Source: a virus (Duplodnaviria > Caudoviricetes). From it: DNA of 28,366 nt. The stretch covers positions 1-28,366 of the IMG/VR virus record IMGVR_UViG_3300021124_000347; one strand, written 5' to 3'. Position numbers and translations under genes: made by a program. Within the stretch, counting starts at the first letter, position 1; every line of letters starts with the position of its first letter. Positions 1-8,643 of this stretch are shown here, piece by piece. Under the pieces are notes generated by a model. The model made no database searches, had not been told where the DNA came from, and was given only the letters and a program-made list of their open reading frames with translations.

Positions 1-1
1 G

Positions 2-988
2 TATCAGTTTAGTCACACTCTACAGTTATGGGACGCAACCGCTCCTGTTGCTACAATCATCTTGGTTGCTTTGCATGCCTACGGAGTTAAGTTTGTCTCT
101 GAGTTCTTACAAAAGCAGCAAATAAAGAAACAATTTGGAACTTATCTATCACCAGCAATGGTTGAGAAACTGCAAAAGAATCCAGAACTATTAGCATTAG
201 GCGGAGAGTCACGTGAGTTGTCAATTATGTTTACCGATGTTAGGGGCTTTACTTCAATTTCTGAGCATTACGGTAGTGACGTTCAAGGTCTTACCAAAAT
301 AATGAATCGCTATATGACAGCGATGACTGCTAAAATACTTGAAAATGAAGGAACACTCGACAAATATATAGGTGATGCACAGATGGCTTTCTGGAATGCA
401 CCACTTGATGACGCCGATCATGCAAAACATGCGGTAAAAACAGCCTTACAAATGTTGGAGAGTTTAGATGCGTTTAACAGAGAAGTTCAAGCGGAGGGCA
501 TCCCACCTTTCGGCATGGGTCTTGGCATTAACACTGGTACTGTGGTCGTTGGCAACATGGGGTCCGCTCAACGCTTTGATTATACTTGTCTCGGTGATAG
601 TGTTAATCTGGCTAGTCGTTTAGAAGGTCAAAGCAAGCCATACCATGTTGCTATGGTTATTGGTGATAAGACTAATGAATATGTAAAAAATGATTACTTC
701 ACGCTACCACTAGATTGCATTGCCGTTAAGGGCAAGAAAGAAGGCGTGAATATTCATACTGTATTAACTGTTGTGGACGCAGCAGCAAAAGTTTCTCATC
801 TTAATATGATGGATGATTATCGTTCACAGCACTTTAAGACTGCTGCGTCAGCTTGTAAACAATTGATGGGTTCATTTGGTGGTCAAATGGATGGCTACTA
901 TGAGATGTGGATAGAACGCTGCACGGAAATGGCTGCTAATCCACCTGGTGAAGGTTGGGATGGAGTTTTCAGGACCAACACAAAATGA
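2..988 (+). CDS. Class III adenylate/guanylate cyclase, membrane-anchored (probably CHASE2-type), 5'-truncated by the window
   Basis: Frame is open from base 2 (YQFSHTLQLWDATAPVATIILVALHAY, hydrophobic). Catalytic motifs FTDVRGFT, DKYIGDA, GINTG and FDYTCLGDSVNLASRLE; the Lys and Thr specificity residues fit a class IIIb adenylate cyclase. Confidence 0.93.
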   Translation, partial: YQFSHTLQLWDATAPVATIILVALHAYGVKFVSEFLQKQQIKKQFGTYLSPAMVEKLQKNPELLALGGESRELSIMFTDVRGFTSISEHYGSDVQGLTKIMNRYMTAMTAKILENEGTLDKYIGDAQMAFWNAPLDDADHAKHAVKTALQMLESLDAFNREVQAEGIPPFGMGLGINTGTVVVGNMGSAQRFDYTCLGDSVNLASRLEGQSKPYHVAMVIGDKTNEYVKNDYFTLPLDCIAVKGKKEGVNIHTVLTVVDAAAKVSHLNMMDDYRSQHFKTAASACKQLMGSFGGQMDGYYEMWIERCTEMAANPPGEGWDGVFRTNTK

Positions 989-2037
989 AAAACCGTTTTT
1001 GTAGTTTTTTATCAAACGGTCTTTTTATTACAGATAAAAAAGATGATAAGTCTTTACATTTTTCTCCATGTTGTCGATACCAAGGCAGCGTAAATTCAAT
1101 TGATGATATAAACTGGAAAAATATCGATGATTGGGTTGATGCTTGTTCGCTATGCTATGTTAAAGAATCAAGTAATAACAGTAGCCCTAGATTACAAAAT
1201 AAAGATATGAATGCAAATCTTAATAATGATGAATTGGTATATCTTGATATAGATTATAGTAATGCGTGTAATGCAGCGTGTGGAATATGTTCTCCAATAT
1301 ACAGCAGTTCAATTGCAAAAATAGAAAGAAGTGAAAATAAAACACCATTTACTCCAAATATAAGACAAGAAACATTTTTTAATGAAATAAAATCATTGAA
1401 TTTAGACAATCTTAAAACTCTAAAATTAATTGGTGGAGAACCATTTTATATTGATTTTCACAAGAAAATTTTGAAACTTGTAAAAAATCCAGAAAATGTT
1501 CAGGTTTTATACCAATCAAATGGATCAATTTATCCTGATGAAGAATGGTGGGAATTAGCTTCAAAATTTAAAAGTATAGAACTATATTTTAGTATAGATG
1601 GAATTGGTGAAAGATTTAATTACATTAGAAGCAATTTAAACTACCAAGAGGTTGAAGAAAATATATTAAAAATAATTTCAGATAAGAGAGTTAATTTTAA
1701 ACCTGGCATACACTATACTGCAAATCCGCTAAATGCTTTTTACTTTAATGAAATTTTTATTTTGCTCAAAAAAATGAAAAGTTATAATTCAAAAACGCAA
1801 TTAGATTGGGACAAAGCCAACGGTCCTTGGGGTCTAGCAAATACCACACCAACTTTACGTGAAAAAATAATTAAAAAATATAATAATAATATTTTTTCGC
1901 AGCTATTCAACGAATTGCCATTTGATGCGTATTTTCATAATTATTTTACTAAATCAATAGCAATGCATGAAAAAAGATTTAATAAAAATGGTTTGGAAAT
2001 ATTTCCAGAAATATATGAAGATGCTATCAAGTATTAA
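985..2037 (+). CDS. Radical SAM protein with N-terminal twitch/SPASM-like Cys cluster
   Basis: CxxxCxxC (CNAACGIC), GGEPF, SIDG; N-terminal FC...PCC...CSLC. Likely start is ATG 985 (ATGA overlap with the cyclase stop). Confidence 0.88.
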   Translation: MKNRFCSFLSNGLFITDKKDDKSLHFSPCCRYQGSVNSIDDINWKNIDDWVDACSLCYVKESSNNSSPRLQNKDMNANLNNDELVYLDIDYSNACNAACGICSPIYSSSIAKIERSENKTPFTPNIRQETFFNEIKSLNLDNLKTLKLIGGEPFYIDFHKKILKLVKNPENVQVLYQSNGSIYPDEEWWELASKFKSIELYFSIDGIGERFNYIRSNLNYQEVEENILKIISDKRVNFKPGIHYTANPLNAFYFNEIFILLKKMKSYNSKTQLDWDKANGPWGLANTTPTLREKIIKKYNNNIFSQLFNELPFDAYFHNYFTKSIAMHEKRFNKNGLEIFPEIYEDAIKY

Positions 2038-2387
2038 GCATCACTGGGAATTTTCTTACTAGAACGTTTAAGAGTGCGTTGCACTTCTTCTTCTTTTGCC
2101 TTTGCAGCAACATCTGCGACGGCATCATCAAGATGGCGTTGGCTTTCAATCTCTTTACCACGTAGCATAAGCACGATGTTTAACTTTTGATTAAGACGTA
2201 TAAGATCATTATCTAACATACGAATACGATCAATAAGACCAATCAACACGGTATTGGCTTCGCTTAGCACAGGTTTTACTTCTGTTGTAGCCCAAGTCCA
2301 AACATAATAAATCATGTAGCCAATTCCAGTGGCTGCTATGATAGGAAAACCATATTTGTTGATTGCGTCTGCTATGCCCACTTCCAT
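2034..2387 (-). CDS. Small membrane protein, YvrJ/holin-like (GFPI motif, TM helix, coiled coil)
   Basis: KYGFPIIAATGIGYMIYYVW TM segment followed by a heptad-rich region; paralog of 2865..3143. Confidence 0.7.
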   Translation of the reverse strand: MEVGIADAINKYGFPIIAATGIGYMIYYVWTWATTEVKPVLSEANTVLIGLIDRIRMLDNDLIRLNQKLNIVLMLRGKEIESQRHLDDAVADVAAKAKEEEVQRTLKRSSKKIPSDA

Positions 2388-2548
2388 TATTTCTCTTTAT
2401 ACTTCTTGTTTAATTCTATATATTCGTCTGCTGCTTTTTTACTGCGCAGTATTACTATTAATTTGTTGTGGAAATACACAGTAAAATATCGATTACCGTT
2501 TATACGATGGTGTTCTTCAACACGATAAGGATACTGTGCATTTTCCAC
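2387..2548 (-). CDS. Hypothetical protein, 53 aa (not in ORF track)
   Basis: GTG start, (M)ENAQYPYRVEEHHRING...KYKEK*; its TAA overlaps the next ATG (TAATG coupling); minus-strand TAAATA at 2569-2574. Confidence 0.6.
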   Translation of the reverse strand: MENAQYPYRVEEHHRINGNRYFTVYFHNKLIVILRSKKAADEYIELNKKYKEK

Positions 2549-2586
2549 TTCATTAGTTTACCACCAAATATTTAACAAAAGGTTAA

Positions 2587-2769
2587 TTACTTCTTTTTCT
2601 TCTTTGGTGCTTTTTTATGAACCACACTCTTACAAGCAGTTGGATTCTTTACAGGGTCACACGCACTATGTACAACCTTTGCCTTTGGTGCTTTGACCAC
2701 TGGTTTTGTTGCTGCAAAAGCACTTGTACTAAATGCTAACATTGTTGCTACTAAAATAATCTTCTTCAT
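2587..2769 (-). CDS. Small secreted Lys-rich protein with Sec signal peptide
   Basis: MKKIILVATMLAFSTSAFA signal (AFA cleavage), mature part very basic with two Cys; AAGGA upstream. Confidence 0.75.
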   Translation of the reverse strand: MKKIILVATMLAFSTSAFAATKPVVKAPKAKVVHSACDPVKNPTACKSVVHKKAPKKKKK

Positions 2770-2780
2770 TTTCTTTTCCT

Positions 2781-2864
2781 TTAATTGTATAGATAATCTT
2801 TACCGATGTATGTAATAATTGCTAGTTGAATAAACAAACTTGCTAATATGAAATTCTCTACCAT
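2781..2864 (-). CDS. Putative 27-aa hydrophobic peptide (not in ORF track)
   Basis: MVENFILASLFIQLAIITYIGKDYLYN*; starts right after the upstream stop with AGGAG upstream and fills the operon gap. Confidence 0.5.
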   Translation of the reverse strand: MVENFILASLFIQLAIITYIGKDYLYN

Positions 2865-3143
2865 TTAATCTCTCCTTGCGTCATTCTTGCCGTCTGCACG
2901 AGCAATACGGTCAAGGTCTGGTCGAACTCCAAGAGCATTACTCATGAGAGTATCAATACGTATAACATCATGGTTCATAGTTTTAACACGATTGTCAAGA
3001 GCCATGATGATACCCTTGATACCGTTAACAGAGCCAGTTACACCAGCAAGAATAAATTTTAGGGTTAAAAATACAAAATAACCGCCTGCACAGGCGGCTG
3101 CAATAGGGAATCCAACTTCACCAACTAATTTTAAGAAATCCAT
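2865..3143 (-). CDS. Small membrane protein, YvrJ/holin-like (GFPI motif)
   Basis: EVGFPIAAACAGGYFVFLTLKFIL TM segment, then a coiled coil; paralog of 2034..2387. Confidence 0.72.
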   Translation of the reverse strand: MDFLKLVGEVGFPIAAACAGGYFVFLTLKFILAGVTGSVNGIKGIIMALDNRVKTMNHDVIRIDTLMSNALGVRPDLDRIARADGKNDARRD

Positions 3144-3155
3144 GCGAATTCCAAT

Positions 3156-3296
3156 TTATTGAACGACATACTTTAATATTGTCTCTAGAAGTAATACGCC
3201 GGTAATTGAACCAAAAAGACAACCCATCCAAACTTCTGGCCATACCATAAAATTCGGTACATGCTTTCTAATGCATTGCCATTCTTGAGTAGACAT
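3156..3296 (-). CDS. Putative 46-aa membrane peptide (not in ORF track)
   Basis: MSTQEWQCIRKHVPNFMVWPEVWMGCLFGSITGVLLLETILKYVVQ*; GGAG upstream; minus-strand TAAATA at 3329-3334. Confidence 0.55.
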   Translation of the reverse strand: MSTQEWQCIRKHVPNFMVWPEVWMGCLFGSITGVLLLETILKYVVQ

Positions 3297-3355
3297 AGGT
3301 TAATACTCCAAACATTAACTGACAATATTATTTATTCTATCCACACAAAAACATC

Positions 3356-3383
3356 TTGACATACATCTATTTTAGTGTATATT
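3356..3383 (+). promoter_or_regulatory. Sigma70-type promoter for the exonuclease gene (probably leaderless)
   Basis: TTGACA-N16-TATATT; ATG at 3390 lies 6 nt after the -10 box, with no SD. Confidence 0.7.
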
Positions 3384-3389
3384 AGTAAT

Positions 3390-3938
3390 ATGAAACACAG
3401 AGATGTAATGATCGATATCGAGACGTTAGGCAACACACCTGACGCCACAGTTTTAACCATTGCTGGCATTGCCTTTGATCGTATGGGCAAGTATGCCACC
3501 GTAGCAGACCCTACCACACTGGACTTCTTCTACTGCAGAGTAGATGTTGAATCACAGAAGCGTGAAATCAATGAAGATACAGTCCAATGGTGGGCTAAAC
3601 AACCTGATGAAGCAAAAGCAGAAGCTTTTGCAGACACCAATCGTTTACCACTAGCAGACGCCATGCGTGGCATCAATACTTGGGCTACTGGTGCTGATCG
3701 TTATTGGGCAAATGGGGCTGGTTTTGATTTTACAATTCTTGAAAGTTGTAACCGGCAATTTAACAATAAATCACCTTGGCATTTCTGGCAAGTATTAGAC
3801 GCTCGCACCATTTATAAATTAGTTCCTGATCATTTTATTCCACAGAATAATAAACACCATGCTCTATGGGATTGTTTATCACAGATACAAAGACTAACCG
3901 AATGTTTTCATAAATTAGGTGTATATCCTAATAAGTAA
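3390..3938 (+). CDS. DEDDh 3'-5' exonuclease (DnaQ-like superfamily)
   Basis: ExoI MIDIET, ExoII WANGAGFD, ExoIII HHALWDC. Confidence 0.88.
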   Translation: MKHRDVMIDIETLGNTPDATVLTIAGIAFDRMGKYATVADPTTLDFFYCRVDVESQKREINEDTVQWWAKQPDEAKAEAFADTNRLPLADAMRGINTWATGADRYWANGAGFDFTILESCNRQFNNKSPWHFWQVLDARTIYKLVPDHFIPQNNKHHALWDCLSQIQRLTECFHKLGVYPNK

Positions 3939-3943
3939 TTTTT

Positions 3944-4726
3944 ATGAAAAAGTTAGCAATATGTGGCGATAGTTGGATGACACCAACACTAAACTATCCA
4001 GATACACATTTTAGTGAAATTATTGCTAAACACTATAATGCAGAATTACTAGCTTTAAGTCGTAGTGGTTGCAGCAATGGTGCTATTTGTTTACAAATTG
4101 AAGAAAGTATTAAAAGAAATGCTGACTTTGTAATTATTGGTTCTACTACTCCAGATAGAATTGAAATACCCTTACCAGAAAATCGCATTTCTAAAATATA
4201 TTTGAAATCATGGAAAATTTTTTCAAAATCTAAAAATTCTGGAAAATACAAAAAGAACCGTGGAATAGCAAATATTAGCTATAGTAAACATCCTGATTTA
4301 TCTACAAAAAATAATTTTATGGTAAATCCAGTTTTAATAAGCGAAAGTATTAATAATTTAATATGGCAAGAAGAAGGATTAAATTCATTTTATTCGCTTG
4401 ATAGTAAAATTGTAAAATCATTGGTTGATTATACTTTAAATTTGTATGATCCAAATTTTAAAAGACAAACAGATTGTTGGTGCATTAGTAATTCTTTAAG
4501 AAAATTACAAGATAACAATATTAATTTTTTATTTTTTCCAAATAAACTCATTACAGAAGAGTTTGTTGAAGATATTTCATGGTTAGATAAAAAATACATT
4601 GCTAACATTGACGGTCCTTACAATTTAGAAGGCGGCGATGCTAGGTATCATACATCCGAAAAAGCACAAATATATGTTGCTGAGCAGTTGATTAACATTA
4701 TCAATGAACGGTTTTCCGTAATATAA
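3944..4726 (+). CDS. SGNH/GDSL hydrolase-like protein
   Basis: N-terminal ICGDSW, block II-like SGCSN, C-terminal RYHTS His motif. Confidence 0.6.
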   Translation: MKKLAICGDSWMTPTLNYPDTHFSEIIAKHYNAELLALSRSGCSNGAICLQIEESIKRNADFVIIGSTTPDRIEIPLPENRISKIYLKSWKIFSKSKNSGKYKKNRGIANISYSKHPDLSTKNNFMVNPVLISESINNLIWQEEGLNSFYSLDSKIVKSLVDYTLNLYDPNFKRQTDCWCISNSLRKLQDNNINFLFFPNKLITEEFVEDISWLDKKYIANIDGPYNLEGGDARYHTSEKAQIYVAEQLINIINERFSVI

Positions 4727-4734
4727 ATAATTTG

Positions 4735-5796
4735 ATGCATGAAATTAAAAAATTATTAAGAACTAATAAAACTGGAACAGTAACTGGTTTTTGTGCTGCA
4801 CCGTGGACAAATCTAACAGTTGATACTTCTGGTTTATTGTATGCATGTTCATGTGATGGTTATGTTAAAAAACCAATAGGCAATATCTTAGAAATAGAAA
4901 CCAAAGAAGAGTTTGTATCTTTACTTAATAATAACATAATGAAAGATAGTATCCTTGATGGTTCATACCGTTTGTGTGATGCTGTTGTTTGCCCATTTAT
5001 ACAAGATAATATTCTTTCAGGCACAGTAATTAAAAAATTGTTTAAAGAGTCAACCAATGATTTAACGTCTTTAAATTTGCGAGAAATACTTCTACAAATA
5101 GATAGAAGTTGTAATTTGCAATGCCCGTCGTGCAGAGACGATATTATTATTCATAAGAATAATACAGAAACTCAAAAAACCAGAGAAATTTTAAAAAGAT
5201 TAGAAAGTTATGTTTTTGAAGATGCCAAAGAAACAATTTATGTAAGAATTGTTGGTAATGGTGAATTATTTGCAAGTCATACTATGTTGCCTTGGTTTTT
5301 AAATTTTGATTTTAACAAATATCCTAATATAAATTTTGATATACACACAAATGCTACTCTTATATCAAGACATGAAGATTATCTGCTTAGTATTGCAAAT
5401 AAAATAAGATTAATAGAAGTAAGCACAGATGCGGCAACAGCAGAAATTTATTCAGTTGTAAGAAAAGGCGGCAACTGGATTGATTTTCTTAAAGGTATAC
5501 AAACCATAAAAAAAATACGACAAGTTAATAATAGAATTATATTAAACAGTAGTTTTGTAGTAAGTAGTTTAAATTATACAGATATTCCCGAATTTATTAA
5601 ATTTGCAAAAAGCAATAATTCAGATATAACATTTTATAAAGTTTTGGTGTGGGGAATGAATGAGCAAAAGTTTGAAAAATTAAATATATTTTCACCAAAG
5701 CATCCATTGCATAACGACTTACATGATATATTAAAAACTATCGATTTTAAAGATGAAAAAATTAATTCTTCAATATTTAATATAAAATTTAATTGA
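4735..5796 (+). CDS. Radical SAM protein with N-terminal twitch/SPASM domain
   Basis: FCAAPW...LYACSC and CDAVVCP; CxxxCxxC (CNLQCPSC); GNGELF; STDA. TATAAATA at 4722-4729 just upstream. Confidence 0.9.
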   Translation: MHEIKKLLRTNKTGTVTGFCAAPWTNLTVDTSGLLYACSCDGYVKKPIGNILEIETKEEFVSLLNNNIMKDSILDGSYRLCDAVVCPFIQDNILSGTVIKKLFKESTNDLTSLNLREILLQIDRSCNLQCPSCRDDIIIHKNNTETQKTREILKRLESYVFEDAKETIYVRIVGNGELFASHTMLPWFLNFDFNKYPNINFDIHTNATLISRHEDYLLSIANKIRLIEVSTDAATAEIYSVVRKGGNWIDFLKGIQTIKKIRQVNNRIILNSSFVVSSLNYTDIPEFIKFAKSNNSDITFYKVLVWGMNEQKFEKLNIFSPKHPLHNDLHDILKTIDFKDEKINSSIFNIKFN

Positions 5797-5823
5797 CATA
5801 AGACGATTTATGTATTATAAATA
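5793..5823 (+). promoter_or_regulatory. Composite early/late promoter upstream of speD
   Basis: TTGACA-N17-TATAAA, whose -10 box extends to TATAAATA (T4 late consensus); AAGGAG SD before ATG 5858. Confidence 0.65.
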
Positions 5824-5857
5824 ATTCTCTAAACTGCTATCAATTAAGGAGACTGGC

Positions 5858-6220
5858 ATGAGCAAAACTTGGGGTTATCACCTACTACTAGACTGCACCG
5901 CTGGCGATAAGGAACTTATCGGTTCACGGGAAAATATCTATAACTTTATTAAGGAACTAGTTGTTGTTATTGACATGACAGCATTTGGTGAACCATGGAT
6001 TGAACGTTTTGCAACCCATGCTGCGGACAAGGCTGGTTACAGTTTATGTCAGATGATTGAAACTTCTAACATTACTGGCCACTTCTGTGACAATGATGGC
6101 AATTTCTATATTGATGTGTTCTCATGCAAGCCATTTGAGAATGAACTTGTATTCTCTACTGTGGAAAAATATTTCAAGCCACAGAAGATTCGTCATCACT
6201 ATATTTCACGAGACGCTTGA
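5858..6220 (+). CDS. speD: S-adenosylmethionine decarboxylase-like pyruvoyl proenzyme
   Basis: GYHLLLDC, GYSLCQMIETSNITGH (self-cleavage Ser) and YIDVFSCK are typical of class I AdoMetDC. Confidence 0.85.
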   Translation: MSKTWGYHLLLDCTAGDKELIGSRENIYNFIKELVVVIDMTAFGEPWIERFATHAADKAGYSLCQMIETSNITGHFCDNDGNFYIDVFSCKPFENELVFSTVEKYFKPQKIRHHYISRDA

Positions 6221-6242
6221 AAATTTCTCTTGCTTTGATTAA

Positions 6243-6250
6243 TATAAATA
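6243..6250 (+). promoter_or_regulatory. T4-like late promoter
   Basis: TATAAATA 7 nt before ATG 6258. Confidence 0.65.
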
Positions 6251-6257
6251 TTATACT

Positions 6258-7253
6258 ATGAGAGCAAGAGAGTTTATTGATAGAAAGTTAGATGAAATGG
6301 CTGCGTTATCATACAGCGCACTCAAAAATTATGAGGGGGATTCTAGAAGAGATAGAATCCCACTTTTCTTATATAAAATTCAACACGAAGAACCATTTAA
6401 AGTTATAACAAAAGATGGTTCCATTAAAGATATAGTATTTGATCCTGCAGAATTATTAAAAGTAGATGCTTGGTTAAGAAATTTAACATCTTCTTCTATC
6501 AAGATAAAAGTAAAAGATAGTGATGAGACTTTTTCTAATACTAAAATAATTAAAACCGCTGAATTTGGTGGCGAAGAAAGTGAAAGACGCCTTTCTCAAG
6601 AACGAACTGCTATGAGTTCTTTGCAATCACAACTTGAAATTGCAAAACAAGATAAACCATATATAAAATTGTGGGTTGGTCATCAACTTGTTAATGCTGC
6701 TACTGTAAAAAATACAACTGGCACACCAAAAAGTGATTTTGAAATATTAGATGAAAACAATAAAACCGTTGCTTGGATTAGTCATAAAGCAGGCACACCA
6801 GCAACACCAAAGAAATTTGGGCAGTGGAGCGGCATTAGTAAATTTTTAGATTTTCCAGAAGTTAAAGATTTTATTGATACTCTGCGTAAAAAGTTTCCTA
6901 ATGGAGTTGTTAAAGGCGCAACTGCTGTTTATCGCACAGTAGATAACTCATTATTAAAAATGAAAGCTGTTTATGGTATTGATTACAGCGATAATAATTA
7001 TGAAAATGGCATAGACAATGTTACTACAATACTTCAAGGTCCGCTACAAATACTGCCTGATGGAAGTGAGTGGAATTTAGTAGGATTAAAAGAGTGGGCA
7101 AACGGTACGCCAGTTGATGGAGATTATGAACCAGTTTTAATTGCTCGTTACACTGGTGATCGCAATGATGGTGGATTGCCACACACTCGAATTACACTTT
7201 ATCCAAAATTTGGTCGCAAGATTGAAGAATTAATTTATACAGAACAAGAATAA
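6258..7253 (+). CDS. Putative PD-(D/E)XK-like endonuclease, possibly virion-packaged
   Basis: TPKSDF...WISHK resembles a PD-(D/E)XK core with an S-x-K variant; N-terminus MRAREFIDRKLDE. Confidence 0.5.
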   Translation: MRAREFIDRKLDEMAALSYSALKNYEGDSRRDRIPLFLYKIQHEEPFKVITKDGSIKDIVFDPAELLKVDAWLRNLTSSSIKIKVKDSDETFSNTKIIKTAEFGGEESERRLSQERTAMSSLQSQLEIAKQDKPYIKLWVGHQLVNAATVKNTTGTPKSDFEILDENNKTVAWISHKAGTPATPKKFGQWSGISKFLDFPEVKDFIDTLRKKFPNGVVKGATAVYRTVDNSLLKMKAVYGIDYSDNNYENGIDNVTTILQGPLQILPDGSEWNLVGLKEWANGTPVDGDYEPVLIARYTGDRNDGGLPHTRITLYPKFGRKIEELIYTEQE

Positions 7254-7257
7254 TTCT

Positions 7258-7983
7258 TTAAATTTTTTCTTCCCAAGCTTGATCTGCTTTTGCTGTAGCA
7301 AGTAACTGCTGTGCCTGATCAGGCGGCAATGCACTGAGAATGCCTTCTACGCTTCCTAAATTTTTACCGCTAGCTTTTGCGCCTAACAGCGTTTTAGCAA
7401 CCGTGTCAATATCATTAGAGATGAACTCGCCTTTCTTGCCACTTTCGTCTCGCTTAAACAAACCTTGCCAAGGACTCCATAACATACTTTTTTGTTTTGC
7501 AAGTATGCTCATAAGGATAATCTTATTCTTGCCCTTATATGGGCTTCCTTGTGGCACACTATGCACATGAAACTTAGAGATAGTTTCAGCATGTGGCGTC
7601 ACCATGATATCTGTTTGTGCTTTTGTTCCATCTGGAAGCGGAACAAGAATATGAACATTTATACCGCTTTGTGCAGTATCAAAACCAAGACCACGCAAGT
7701 AGTCATTTAGTGCTTTGCGAGCAGTTTTGCCGTCTGGAGTGTTGAATACAGATTTTACTGCATCTTCATCTGCCATAACATCAAAGTCGCCGCTTTTTGC
7801 GCCAGGCGTAGGATTAGCACCACTGCCAATAGGCATGACCTTAATTCCAGTTTTAGCTAGCGCACCATTTACTACTTTAAGAATATTTGCAGCATACTTT
7901 TGATCAAAATCAGTAGCATCACTAAACATGTTGCCACCTTCAAGTAATAGTTTTGATTCAGTAATGATATCTTTAATGAGCAT
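7258..7983 (-). CDS. DNA polymerase beta-superfamily nucleotidyltransferase
   Basis: hGS...GDxD (IGSG...SGDFDV) plus a third acidic residue in AQTDIM; TAAATA 4 nt before the ATG. Confidence 0.7.
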   Translation of the reverse strand: MLIKDIITESKLLLEGGNMFSDATDFDQKYAANILKVVNGALAKTGIKVMPIGSGANPTPGAKSGDFDVMADEDAVKSVFNTPDGKTARKALNDYLRGLGFDTAQSGINVHILVPLPDGTKAQTDIMVTPHAETISKFHVHSVPQGSPYKGKNKIILMSILAKQKSMLWSPWQGLFKRDESGKKGEFISNDIDTVAKTLLGAKASGKNLGSVEGILSALPPDQAQQLLATAKADQAWEEKI

Positions 7984-7998
7984 AGGGTATTTATTGTG

Positions 7999-8622
7999 TT
8001 ATTGTTGTGCTTGATTTATAGCAGCACCAAGAGCGGCACCAATTAAAACACCAATAGCAAGTGTTGCTGCATCATTGCCACCACCACCACGATTTTGCTG
8101 ATAATATCCACGTGGCATTTCTCTTTGGTATTCCCAATCCTGTCCACGCATTGCACGGTGTCGTGACCAATTTGCCTGATTTTGCATTTGCATTTGTTGT
8201 GCTTGAAATGGTGACATACGCATATACATATCACGTGCTTGTGATGGAGTAGCTTGTGCTAGGGTGCTTGCAACAGCAAGTGCTGCCGCAATCTTTACAC
8301 TATTATTTTTCCAATTACTGCCACCTTTTTTGCTCATTTCGTTTTCTATAGCATCAGCAGCTTCATCGCCTTGTTTAGCACGAACCTGCGCTAGTAAATT
8401 ATCAAATTTTTGTGTAATAGATGGCAGAATGTTTTTTGCGCTATCTTTTACCTTGTCGGCAAATGCGGCGGCCTTATCTTTGATAGTATCAAGGATACCT
8501 TCATCAATTTGTTCATTTTCAACCATAAGACCACGGATCATGTCTAGCACTTCGCTGTCCATGCGATGGTTAATTTCAAGCCCTTCTAGGACTAGCATTG
8601 TGTATCTGATATCGTTGTTCAT
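7999..8622 (-). CDS. Hypothetical protein with internal hydrophobic helix and C-terminal glycine zipper
   Basis: KIAAALAVASTLAQA; Q/M/R-rich linker; LAIGVLIGAALGAAI. AGGAG SD and TAAATA (8641-8646) upstream. Confidence 0.8.
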   Translation of the reverse strand: MNNDIRYTMLVLEGLEINHRMDSEVLDMIRGLMVENEQIDEGILDTIKDKAAAFADKVKDSAKNILPSITQKFDNLLAQVRAKQGDEAADAIENEMSKKGGSNWKNNSVKIAAALAVASTLAQATPSQARDMYMRMSPFQAQQMQMQNQANWSRHRAMRGQDWEYQREMPRGYYQQNRGGGGNDAATLAIGVLIGAALGAAINQAQQ

Positions 8623-8643
8623 GGTTAAATCTCCTATGATTAT

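Noticed and set aside
985-3296. Classical RiPP cluster (radical SAM plus neighbouring small ORFs)
   Set aside because: The small ORFs are on the opposite strand and look membrane-bound or secreted; no RRE/PqqD domain, transporter or leader-core pattern is visible.
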